A program made the position numbers and the translations under genes. Under the pieces are notes generated by a model. The model was not told the DNA's origin. It was given only the letters and a program-made list of their open reading frames with translations, and searched no databases. From IMG/VR virus record IMGVR_UViG_3300042887_005324, positions 32,001 through 96,000 of that record: DNA of 64,000 bases. One strand, written 5' to 3'. Origin of the DNA: a virus. Each line of letters begins with the position of its first letter. Positions within the stretch are counted from its first letter, which is position 1. This document shows, piece after piece, positions 10,723 to 19,713 of this stretch.

Positions 10723-12075
10723 ATGATTAAAATAGAAAAAGTAAAGAATAGACCGGTTTACGATATAACCGTTAATAAAAACCATAATTTCTATGCAAAT
10801 GACATATTAGTACATAATTGTGCTGAAATCGTAGAAGCAACTGGTGTTACAAAAATTCAAAAAGAATTACTTCAAAACAAAGAACTATTAGATTCTTTAT
10901 GTTTAAGTGACTTCTATGGTCAAGAATCGGTAAATGAAACAGCTGTTTGTAATTTGGCATCTTTGTCGTTGACAAAATTTGTTAACAAGAACAAAACTTA
11001 TAATTATAACAAATTATATGATGTAGCTTATCAAGCAACAATCAATTTGAATAATGTAATTGATGTAAATTACTATCCGTCAGATTCAGCAAGATTCTCA
11101 AATTTATTACATCGACCTATTGGTCTTGGCGTACAAGGATTGGCTGATGTTTTCTTTTTAATGAGTTTATCTTATGATTCACAAGAAGCTAGAAATGTTA
11201 ATAAGCAAATATTTGAAACTATTTATTTTGCATCTATGAGAGCATCTTGTGATTTGGCTAAAGAACACGGACATTATGCTTCATATCAAGGTTCTCCAGT
11301 TTCACAAGGTAAATTTCAATTTGATCTATGGGGAGCTACTACAACTGATAGATGGGATTGGAAAAAACTTAGAGAAGATATTGCAAAATGGGGAGTTAGA
11401 AATTCTTTGACTACTTGTATTATGCCAACTGCTTCAACTGCATCAATTTTAGGTAATGAAGCTTCATGTGAGGCACAAACATCTAACCTATATGTTAGAA
11501 GAGTTATTTCTGGTGAATTTATTATTGTTAATAAATATTTAGTTAAAGAACTTGTTAAACTTGGTATTTGGAATGAATCAGTCAAGAATAAAATTATTCA
11601 ACAGAATGGTTCTATTCAGAATGTACCAGAAATTCCAGTAAATATTAAAGAAGTGTTCAAAACAGTTTGGGAAATTAAGCAAAAAGATGTTATTGATTTG
11701 GCAGCCGATAGAGGAGCGTTCATTGATCAAACACAATCTATGAATGTGTTTATGGAGAATGTAAACTTTGGTAAGTTAACTGCAATGCATTTCTATGGTT
11801 GGGGTAGAAGATCATTCTTAAATGATTCTAATGGTCAGCCAATTATACCATCAAATGATGAAAACATTCAAGTTGTTTGTGATAAAGATGGTACTCCTAA
11901 GTTTTACAGAGATAAAAGAAGTAATCTTAAAACAGGTATGTATTATTTAAGAACAAAATCTGCAGCTGATGCTGTCAAGTTCACTGTTCAAGAACAAAAG
12001 AGTGTTGAAGATCAAATGGCTGAAATATCCTGCTCACTTGATGATCCGGATTCATGCATTGCATGTGGATCGTGA
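10723..12075 (+). CDS. nrdA: 32-aa split-intein C fragment plus NrdA C-terminal part
   Basis: VYDITV...NFYANDILVHN (ends nt 10818), then CAEI (catalytic Cys at +1), AVCNLAS, RPIGLGVQG, MPTAS, KTGMYYLR, C-terminal CxxCGS. Confidence 0.93.
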   Translation: MIKIEKVKNRPVYDITVNKNHNFYANDILVHNCAEIVEATGVTKIQKELLQNKELLDSLCLSDFYGQESVNETAVCNLASLSLTKFVNKNKTYNYNKLYDVAYQATINLNNVIDVNYYPSDSARFSNLLHRPIGLGVQGLADVFFLMSLSYDSQEARNVNKQIFETIYFASMRASCDLAKEHGHYASYQGSPVSQGKFQFDLWGATTTDRWDWKKLREDIAKWGVRNSLTTCIMPTASTASILGNEASCEAQTSNLYVRRVISGEFIIVNKYLVKELVKLGIWNESVKNKIIQQNGSIQNVPEIPVNIKEVFKTVWEIKQKDVIDLAADRGAFIDQTQSMNVFMENVNFGKLTAMHFYGWGRRSFLNDSNGQPIIPSNDENIQVVCDKDGTPKFYRDKRSNLKTGMYYLRTKSAADAVKFTVQEQKSVEDQMAEISCSLDDPDSCIACGS

Positions 12076-12094
12076 TTTATCACCTTGAAAAAGT

Positions 12095-12123
12095 AAAACC
12101 TGTCTGAAAAGACAGGTTTTTTT
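12095..12123. terminator. Bidirectional intrinsic terminator
   Basis: AAAACCTGTCT-gaaa-AGACAGGTTTTTTT between convergent genes. Confidence 0.8.
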
Positions 12124-12126
12124 ATT

Positions 12127-12945
12127 TTATAGAGATGCTAAAAACATCTTAGCTTCTTTTTGTCTCCTTGTCTCGAGACCAGGAAATTTTTTATTTAAGT
12201 TGTAGTCTTTGATTGAGTCACCTGCTAATTTCATATCACCTTTCTTGATGTGTTGAATTATATCAGATTGTCTTAAACTACTTATACCAGAATTGAATGC
12301 TAAAGAAACAAGTGCATCAAACATACTTTGATTAATATTTACATCTATTCCTTTTGCTTCCCACTCCTTGAATATCCTTCTAACACCATCAGCCGCTTCT
12401 TTAAGATCTTCTTTTAGATATTTATCAGCCTGTGCTTGCGTAATTTTCTGACCCTTTCTAAGTTTTGTTTTTCCAACATCCTCAGCGTGTCCATATCCGA
12501 CAGTTACTTTTCCATCACCTAGTGTATATGCAGTTAAAACACAAGACTCTTCTTGTTTAATATGATTCCATCCAGCGTCAGATAATCTAAATTCGTAACC
12601 TGGTTTGAAGTCGTCTGATTCAGATGTTATTTGTTTTTTTGTACCAGACTCATTTTCTTTTTCTTGAGTCATCTCAATTGCAATTTGTTTATCTTCAGGA
12701 GATGCATCTGAGGAATTGATAATCTGTACAACATTTGTTATTGTGTTGAAAGCTAAAAGAGCACCAATCGCATATTTGATGAGTTTTCTTCTACCTGATT
12801 CTGATAGTCCTTTAAGTTTCTTGACTATATTGTTCCAAATGGATTTATAGTCGGCTGATTCGTTGATTGAAAAATCAATATATTCAATTGCTTTTTGAAT
12901 TATTAATTCTTCATTGTAATTTGAATAATTAGACAAGTATTTCAT
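12127..12945 (-). CDS. GH24 (phage lysozyme family) muramidase with N-terminal extension
   Basis: EESCVLTAYTLGDGKVTVGYGH (E-x8-D-x5-T), FDALVSLAFNSG, GLETRRQKE. Confidence 0.85.
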   Translation of the reverse strand: MKYLSNYSNYNEELIIQKAIEYIDFSINESADYKSIWNNIVKKLKGLSESGRRKLIKYAIGALLAFNTITNVVQIINSSDASPEDKQIAIEMTQEKENESGTKKQITSESDDFKPGYEFRLSDAGWNHIKQEESCVLTAYTLGDGKVTVGYGHAEDVGKTKLRKGQKITQAQADKYLKEDLKEAADGVRRIFKEWEAKGIDVNINQSMFDALVSLAFNSGISSLRQSDIIQHIKKGDMKLAGDSIKDYNLNKKFPGLETRRQKEAKMFLASL

Positions 12946-13100
12946 AAATCTATATATTAATTTATTAATCGACTTTTTACCAGTCTATAAATAATCCACC
13001 CTTGAAAAATTGTAAATTTCCCATGTCATATATATCAATACATTATTTTATTTTAGAAAATTTAAAACTTTTAAGCCAACTAAAATAAAAGAATGACACT

Positions 13101-13168
13101 CCAGTAGTGAACAAATAAGTTACTTCGAAATTGCTTATGAAAAAACACTTATTTGTAATTTACTCTGG
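13101..13168 (+). ncRNA. Y-RNA-like small RNA 1
   Basis: CCAG/CTGG, bulged U, AGTGA/TTACT, perfect 10-bp ACAAATAAGT/ACTTATTTGT; loop starts TACTTCGAAA; upstream of a Ro60 gene. Confidence 0.6.
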
Positions 13169-13180
13169 TCGACATATATA

Positions 13181-13475
13181 TGAGGACATGGTCATAGGAT
13201 GAGATACTTCGAAAATTAACGATCAATTATCAATCTATGATTAAAAAACTGAATGGCTGGTCAAGCCTGATGTATCCACTTGTGGTTAAAAAGACCGGTT
13301 AGTTACCAAAAACTGTTCTGACCAAATGAACTAAAAGATTGGGGTTGAAACTAAAGACCTAAACAAAAGTTGGATGAAGATGGACACCCTAAAGAAAACA
13401 TCGACAAACTTTCAAAGTTAGTTAAGTACTAATAGAAAGCTCTTGTGACAGCTCAACTAGCTTTTCCTGTCCTCA
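13181..13475 (+). ncRNA. Y-RNA-like RNA 2 with a large (~230 nt) internal domain
   Basis: TGAGGACA(13181-88)/TGTCCTCA(13468-75), bulged U, GG/CC, TAGGATGAG/CTCAACTA, the same TACTTCGAAA at 13205-14; followed by a terminator. Confidence 0.55.
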
Positions 13476-13484
13476 AAAACTATG

Positions 13485-13518
13485 AAAGACCAGATTTACT
13501 TTGTGAATCTGGTTTTTT
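13485..13518 (+). terminator. Intrinsic terminator after the Y-RNA-like locus
   Basis: ACCAGATTTAC-ttt-GTGAATCTGGT followed by a U-tract. Confidence 0.75.
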
Positions 13519-13555
13519 CATTTTTAAAAACGAAACTATAAATAAAGACAAAAAT

Positions 13556-15007
13556 ATGGCAAAATTCAATCAAACAGTTGTCAAGTCAAAGACAAAAACA
13601 ACAAACCAAGCAGGCGGACAAGCTTACAAAGAGTCTAACGAATTAGCTCTTGTATCTCTTTTATTAACATCATTTGTTAATGATCAATTTTATCGATCAT
13701 CAGATGAGTCTTTATCTGAGTTGAAAAAGCTTATTAAGACAATTCCTAACAAAGAATTTATCGCAAAGTCTGCTATTTTTGCTCGTGATGAATTTGGAAT
13801 GAGAAGTATTACTCACGCACTAGCCGGTGAGTTGGCATCTGAAATTTCTGGAAAAGAATGGGGTAAGAACTTCTACGATAAAGTTGTAAGTAGAGTAGAT
13901 GATATGACCGAAATTATGTCGTATTATCTATCAAATAAAACTGATAAAAATCATCCAAAGTTCCCTAATTCTCTGAAAAAAGGGTTTGCATCAGCTTTTG
14001 ATAAATTTGATGAATACCAGTTGGCAAAGTATAAAGGTGAAAACAAAGAAGTTAAATTAGTTGATATTGTAAACTTAGTTCACCCAGTTCCAAACGATAG
14101 AAATAAAATAGCACTTAATGCTTTAGTTAATGACAATTTGAAGAATACAAAAACTTGGGAATCTATGCTTTCACAAGCTGGACAAAAAGCACAAAGTGAA
14201 GAAGAGTTGTCTCAATTAAAATCAGAAGCTTGGGTCGAACTATTATCTACAAGGAAAATAGGATATTTTGCCTTATTAAGAAACTTGAGAAATATAATTA
14301 ATCAAGCTCCACAAGCAGTTCCTTTAGCTTGTGATTTATTAGTTGATGAGAACATGATTTCAAAGTCTAAAGTTTTACCTTTTAGATTCGCAACTGCATA
14401 TGAAGAAATTTCTAAACTCGGAACATCATCTGATGTTAGAAAGGTTTTAGTGGCTATCAATAAGGCTTTAGACATATCTTGTTGTAATGTTCCAAAATTT
14501 GATGGTGATACTTTAGTAGTAATCGATGTCTCTGGATCAATGGGTGGTAGACCATCTGAAATTGCTTCACTTTTTGGATCTATGATATCAAAAGCCAACA
14601 ATTGTGATGTGATGACATTTGCTAATACCGCCAGTTATAAGGCTTATAATCCTATGGATTCAATATTAACTATTAGAGATAGTTTTAGATTTAGTGGTGG
14701 TGGTACAAACTTTCAAGATATTTTTATCAAGGCAAACAAGGCTTACAAAAGAATAATTATTTTGAGTGACATGCAAGGATGGCTTGGTTATACAACACCA
14801 ACCAAAGAATTTAATTCATATAAGAAAAAATTCAATTGTGAACCATTTGTTTATTCATGTGATTTAGCTGGATTGGGAACATTACAGTTACCAGAAAAGA
14901 ATGTATTTGCACTCGCTGGTTTTTCTGAAAAGGTTTTCGATATAATCAAGTTGATGGAAGAAGACAAGAATGCTCTTTATAATAAAATAAACAAAATACA
15001 AATTTGA
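13556..15007 (+). CDS. Ro60/Rsr-like TROVE domain protein with C-terminal vWA domain
   Basis: MAKFN...TTNQAGGQAY, FDEYQLAKY, TWE, YFALLRNLRNI, LPFRF, MIDAS motif DVSGSM, GGTN, ILSDMQ. ATG 13556 is preferred over the track's GTG 13445, which lies in the RNA/terminator. Confidence 0.9.
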   Translation: MAKFNQTVVKSKTKTTNQAGGQAYKESNELALVSLLLTSFVNDQFYRSSDESLSELKKLIKTIPNKEFIAKSAIFARDEFGMRSITHALAGELASEISGKEWGKNFYDKVVSRVDDMTEIMSYYLSNKTDKNHPKFPNSLKKGFASAFDKFDEYQLAKYKGENKEVKLVDIVNLVHPVPNDRNKIALNALVNDNLKNTKTWESMLSQAGQKAQSEEELSQLKSEAWVELLSTRKIGYFALLRNLRNIINQAPQAVPLACDLLVDENMISKSKVLPFRFATAYEEISKLGTSSDVRKVLVAINKALDISCCNVPKFDGDTLVVIDVSGSMGGRPSEIASLFGSMISKANNCDVMTFANTASYKAYNPMDSILTIRDSFRFSGGGTNFQDIFIKANKAYKRIIILSDMQGWLGYTTPTKEFNSYKKKFNCEPFVYSCDLAGLGTLQLPEKNVFALAGFSEKVFDIIKLMEEDKNALYNKINKIQI

Positions 15008-15038
15008 AAATAAGTCAGATTATTCTGACTTATTTTTT
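15007..15038 (+). terminator. Intrinsic terminator
   Basis: AAAATAAGTCAGA-ttat-TCTGACTTATTTTTT. Confidence 0.8.
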
Positions 15039-15093
15039 ATTCTGAATAGAACATTGAGTAAAAGATATATAAAATTAAATATAATTAAAGAAA

Positions 15094-15855
15094 ATGGGAT
15101 TAATCGAACTTATTAAAGGACTACTTTCACAGTCTAAAAAGATTGAACTTTCAACACTTCCATCACAAGGTATCTTTTATTTACCTGATTTTGAAATCAG
15201 TATTAGAAAAGCTGATCAAGAAGATATAATCGATTATGAGTACAACTTTGACAAAGAAAACTTCTTCTCGGTAATTGACTTAATTAAGAAAATAGTTAGA
15301 AAAAATACAATTCTAAGTAAAAATTACAAATTTGATGATATCAAAAGTTTAGACTTGGTTTATTTGTTCTTAGAGATAGTTAAACATACAATGAACAAAG
15401 AAATTAAAATTCCTTTTTTCAATGAAAGAACGGGTAAGCCTGATGAAATCGAATTTGGTAATAAAACCTTTAACTACTTCGATTTTAGTAATTACTTGAT
15501 TGATGAGAGCACTGGTGAAATTTTGATTGATGATTATAGATTCTCGATGCCATCTGTTGGTTCTGAAAATTGTTTAAGTAATTTTCTAATAAAAAAATCG
15601 AAGAATAAGAAAAATGATAAGTGGAAAGAGTATAATTATGACTTTTTATTTTTTATTAAAAATAAGTCTTATTTATCATTTGAAGAGATTGAAAATTTGG
15701 TAACAATATTTAATGAAGATCTTAGTCAAGACGAACAAAACAAAATAAAAAGTATTGTAGATATATTCTCAGAATTAATAGGATACTCATTACAAATTGA
15801 TGGAAGAGTAATTGAAATAAAGTCTAAATTAGATTTAGAAACTATTTGGCAATAA
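15094..15855 (+). CDS. T4 gp26-like baseplate hub assembly protein (putative)
   Basis: LPSQGIFY...SIR...D-LVYLFL pattern typical of gp26-like proteins; ~250 aa. Confidence 0.5.
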   Translation: MGLIELIKGLLSQSKKIELSTLPSQGIFYLPDFEISIRKADQEDIIDYEYNFDKENFFSVIDLIKKIVRKNTILSKNYKFDDIKSLDLVYLFLEIVKHTMNKEIKIPFFNERTGKPDEIEFGNKTFNYFDFSNYLIDESTGEILIDDYRFSMPSVGSENCLSNFLIKKSKNKKNDKWKEYNYDFLFFIKNKSYLSFEEIENLVTIFNEDLSQDEQNKIKSIVDIFSELIGYSLQIDGRVIEIKSKLDLETIWQ

Positions 15856-15869
15856 TAATTTAGGAGAAC

Positions 15870-16601
15870 ATGTTTGTCATATATATAAAATGTATGACAA
15901 ATAAGGTGCTATTTGGTGACTGCTTTGAGATGTTAGGAACAATACCTAAAAACTCAGTTGATTTGATATTGACCGATCCACCCTATTTAATTTCAAGAAA
16001 GTCTAATTTTACTAAAAATTCAGACAATACAAAATTTAATAAAATTAGTATTGACTTTGGGGATTGGGACAAAGAAGAAATAAACTTCGATTTATTATTC
16101 AAAGAGTATAAAAGAATTTTAAGAAACGGTGGTACTTTAATCATTTTCTTTGATGTTTGGAAATCAAATCAACTAAAAGAATTAGGTGAGAAATGGGGAT
16201 TCAAACAACCAAGAGTTTGTCAATGGGTTAAAAATAACCCAACTCCTATAAATTCTAAAAGTAATTATTTGTCAAATGCTATAGAGTTTTTCTTTACTTT
16301 CACTAAAGACAAAAATCCAACTTTTAATTCAAAGTATGACAAAGGTATCTATAACTTTCCACTTTGTCACGGTAAAGAAAGAACCAATCATCCTACACAG
16401 AAACCACTTGAGTTATTTAAATCACTGATTGAAAAACATTCAAAGTCTGGTGATTTGGTATTAGATACATTTGGTGGAAGTGGAACAACCGCAATAGCTG
16501 CAATTGAAACTAATAGGAATTTTATTTTAGTTGAAAGAGATGAGAACTATTATAAAATTTGTCTTGATAGGATTAAACAAATTGAGGAAAAAGAGATATA
16601 A
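15870..16601 (+). CDS. DNA amino-methyltransferase (N4-C/N6-A, beta class), orphan
   Basis: ILTDPPY (motif IV) precedes HPTQKP and VLDTFGGSGTT (motif I). Alternative start at 15894. Confidence 0.9.
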   Translation: MFVIYIKCMTNKVLFGDCFEMLGTIPKNSVDLILTDPPYLISRKSNFTKNSDNTKFNKISIDFGDWDKEEINFDLLFKEYKRILRNGGTLIIFFDVWKSNQLKELGEKWGFKQPRVCQWVKNNPTPINSKSNYLSNAIEFFFTFTKDKNPTFNSKYDKGIYNFPLCHGKERTNHPTQKPLELFKSLIEKHSKSGDLVLDTFGGSGTTAIAAIETNRNFILVERDENYYKICLDRIKQIEEKEI

Positions 16602-16634
16602 TGATATATATCAAAAAAAAATAATTTTTGTAAA

Positions 16635-17033
16635 ATGATCATAGTAAAAAATGGACAATTAAACAATGAGACTGTTTCATCACTTAATAGTCTAATCGAA
16701 CTTGATATAAATGCTAAATTAGCATTTAGATTAATGAGAATTATCAAGGAAATATCATCATTAGTTGATGATAAAATCAAATTAGAAAAAAAGATCTTTG
16801 ATAAATATGTTGAGAAAGATGAAGAAGGTAATCCAATCATGGCAAAAGATGAAGCTGGAAATATAATTAACGGTGCAGTAAAAATCAAGAATATGGAGGC
16901 ATTCAATCAAGAAATGATGGATCTTCAATCAATTGAAAATAAAATTGATTATGAGCCAGTTAATTTTGATGAATTGAATCTTAACACTGCTAAGATTAAA
17001 GACTTATTCAAAATCGAGTTTTTATTTTCTTAA
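16635..17033 (+). CDS. Hypothetical phage protein
   Basis: 132-aa ORF followed by a terminator at 17053-17080. Confidence 0.7.
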   Translation: MIIVKNGQLNNETVSSLNSLIELDINAKLAFRLMRIIKEISSLVDDKIKLEKKIFDKYVEKDEEGNPIMAKDEAGNIINGAVKIKNMEAFNQEMMDLQSIENKIDYEPVNFDELNLNTAKIKDLFKIEFLFS

Positions 17034-17052
17034 TCTATAAGATTTATATGAT

Positions 17053-17080
17053 AAAAAAATCCTCTAATAGAGGATTTTTT
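17053..17080. terminator. Bidirectional intrinsic terminator
   Basis: AAAAAAATCCTCT-aat-AGAGGATTTTTT. Confidence 0.75.
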
Positions 17081-18023
17081 ATTTTAAAATAATAGTTAGT
17101 AAGTAATCTCCTATATCTGTTGAGTCTTCAAATCTTCTAGTGTTAGGATAATATGGGTATTCAACTTTCTCGACATTATACAATTGTTGAAATCTTTTAC
17201 CGATCTTAAATCCAATTGGTTCTACTTCAGAAAGTTTTTTATAAATTCTATTTTCAGAACGATTTAGCTCTATGTATATACAGGGTCTACACATTGAAAG
17301 GAATTCTTCGAATTTTGAATTTTCATACGGTTTATTCATTTCATACCAAGCATCAGATATAAATCTACATGTTTGGTCATTTATATCATAATCTGCTTGT
17401 AGTCCATGCCAAGACTTTTTATAGTTCCAAGCAAACATTATTCTTGGTTCCCAACCACTCAGTTCATCGGTGAATTCAACTAATCGATCTTCGATTTCTT
17501 CGATGCTGTATTTTGAGATAGTTTTCATTATGTATTCAACTTGTGACTTACATTTATTCCAAACATTATCGATTTCAAATATTTTATCAATTAATTTCTT
17601 GTCATCTTCGTTTGGTTCAAATTGTTTCTTACTTGGATCTGATAATACTATAGAACGAAGAAGACTTGTTTTCATGTCTTTTAGTGCTGTTTCTAAGTTT
17701 TTTACTTTAGGTTTTTTCCAAGTATCATCAAATTCATAGTCACCTTTCTCATAACTATATTTCACATGCCAGGTATAGTAATCAAGAATATCAAAAACTA
17801 CTTTATCAACTGGTGGAATCTCACCGTTTGGCCCTTCTTGTGTGTATGCAATAATGAACTTTTCTCTACCATTATCATCATCAATCAAATCAAAATTACT
17901 AAAGAATAATCCATATTTTCTTTCTTGTGAAATTAAAAATTGTGTAATTATTTCTTTTACTGATTCAGATGGTTCTACCTTTTTATCCTCAAGAAAAAGT
18001 TGATATGATTTAATTTTTCCCAT
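17079..18023 (-). CDS. Hypothetical protein, CTS-like N-terminus
   Basis: MGKIKSYQLFLED; late motif at 18030-18039. Confidence 0.75.
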   Translation of the reverse strand: MGKIKSYQLFLEDKKVEPSESVKEIITQFLISQERKYGLFFSNFDLIDDDNGREKFIIAYTQEGPNGEIPPVDKVVFDILDYYTWHVKYSYEKGDYEFDDTWKKPKVKNLETALKDMKTSLLRSIVLSDPSKKQFEPNEDDKKLIDKIFEIDNVWNKCKSQVEYIMKTISKYSIEEIEDRLVEFTDELSGWEPRIMFAWNYKKSWHGLQADYDINDQTCRFISDAWYEMNKPYENSKFEEFLSMCRPCIYIELNRSENRIYKKLSEVEPIGFKIGKRFQQLYNVEKVEYPYYPNTRRFEDSTDIGDYLLTIILK

Positions 18024-18085
18024 ATTGTTTATATATTAAATCAGCAAATAGGATTTTAATATATAAGAAAAAGTAATAAGTCTTA

Positions 18086-19696
18086 ATGGCAACTTATAGT
18101 ACAGGTACACCTCCAACTAACGCACTTAAATTAAATACTCTTCAGGATATATTTAATAGTCTAGCTGATAATACATCAGGTTCTATTGTACCTAAAAATT
18201 TTAGAGATGGATTTTACACAGTTTGGGAAAATATTATGTTCAAACCAACAACTGCTGGTGGAACCGAATATATTGGTATCGATAAGTCGGATTTTAGAGA
18301 AAAGATTTTTTTAGGTAAAAAAACTGTTAATAATCAGTTTATAATGAATAACAATTTGTTGTCATCAGATGTTGATATTTTTTTCTATAACACAAAAACT
18401 GAACCTCAATTAAACTACAATACAAAAATAGCTTTTCTTGCCGGTACTGGTTCTCATATAGTAAATGGTAATATTGTGGCTCCGTATATTGAGTCACAAA
18501 GAACTACTGGATTCTCATTAGACTTCAATATAGTCAACCCATCATACTACACATCTGGCTCTATGAGTTTAGGAGGTAATATCAACATAAATAGTCAGAA
18601 TGGTAATATAGTTCTTAATAATGTAGTTTGGCCAACATCAAACAGTAATTTGAACTCATCTCAAGATGGATATGTTCTAAAGTACAAATGGATTGGTGGT
18701 ACTCCTTACGCAATTTGGGAAACTATGGCCTCTCAGTCTGTCACATCAATAACTTCAGCTGGTACTGTTTCAATTTCTGGTGGTAGTGTTTTGATTAGTG
18801 GTATCAATTATAATTTCTCATCAAATGTTCCAATGCCTAATGCGGTTGGTGGTATACCAGCAGGTACAACTTTCAGTAACATGCCACTTGCTCAGATAAT
18901 AAACTTGATGTTATATCCATACATCAGACCAACTTTAACTACAAATATTACGCCTGAGAATATAGAGGCTGGTGATACATCAAGTATCAGCAGTGTTAAA
19001 CTTAATTATACAATTACTAGAAGTTCAACATATTCAATAACAAGTTTGGCAGTTAGTCCATCATATACCGGAACAATTGTTAACCCATCAACTATTGGAA
19101 TTAGCAGTCCATTTACTGGATTTGTTACACCACAAATGACGAGTTTAATAAATCTATCATCTACACAATCTCATAAGTCCTTAACTTGGTCTATGTCGTT
19201 GGTAGATTCAAGAGGTTCAACAGCATCATCACAATCTATAATAAATGTCGTTACACCTTGGTATTATGGTACGGCAACTGTTTCTTGTACACAATCATCT
19301 GGAATAGGTAATATAAACAACATACTAGGAACATCGAGTACACCGATTCAATTTAGATTGACTCCTCTTTTAACTACGCCTGCTTTAACAGCATCTTCAA
19401 TTTATAATAAAACCGTTACACTACAAGGAAATGGTGTTTATATTTATTTTGGATATCCATCAACTTTCCCTGACTTGACATCAATTATCGACCAGACAGG
19501 TAATAATATTATTAGTTCATTCTACAAGTATACAATAAGTGGAATAACATCACCACATTCACCAAGTAGGTGGTCGAATAAAACATATAAATTCTATGTT
19601 TATGTCGGTTCAACGCCAGGAGCTACGGCTCCGTTACTAACTACTCTTGGAAGTTTTCCAAGTTATAGTTCTACTTACCAATTTAAATTTGTATAA
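18086..19696 (+). CDS. Putative virion structural protein (S/T/G-rich, beta-rich)
   Basis: Composition, GGIPAGTTFS and YIYFGYP motifs, late motif at 18056-18065. Confidence 0.65.
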   Translation: MATYSTGTPPTNALKLNTLQDIFNSLADNTSGSIVPKNFRDGFYTVWENIMFKPTTAGGTEYIGIDKSDFREKIFLGKKTVNNQFIMNNNLLSSDVDIFFYNTKTEPQLNYNTKIAFLAGTGSHIVNGNIVAPYIESQRTTGFSLDFNIVNPSYYTSGSMSLGGNININSQNGNIVLNNVVWPTSNSNLNSSQDGYVLKYKWIGGTPYAIWETMASQSVTSITSAGTVSISGGSVLISGINYNFSSNVPMPNAVGGIPAGTTFSNMPLAQIINLMLYPYIRPTLTTNITPENIEAGDTSSISSVKLNYTITRSSTYSITSLAVSPSYTGTIVNPSTIGISSPFTGFVTPQMTSLINLSSTQSHKSLTWSMSLVDSRGSTASSQSIINVVTPWYYGTATVSCTQSSGIGNINNILGTSSTPIQFRLTPLLTTPALTASSIYNKTVTLQGNGVYIYFGYPSTFPDLTSIIDQTGNNIISSFYKYTISGITSPHSPSRWSNKTYKFYVYVGSTPGATAPLLTTLGSFPSYSSTYQFKFV

Positions 19697-19713
19697 AAAA
19701 ATAAAAAGATATA

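Noticed and set aside
13101-13475. CRISPR array
   Set aside because: Only two copies of a 10-nt motif, no regular repeat-spacer period and no cas genes.
13445-13555. N-terminal extension of the TROVE ORF from GTG 13445
   Set aside because: It overlaps the 3' helix of RNA 2 and a terminator; the family-typical start is MAKFN at 13556.
15870-16601. Restriction-modification system
   Set aside because: No adjacent restriction endonuclease; orphan MTases are common in phages.
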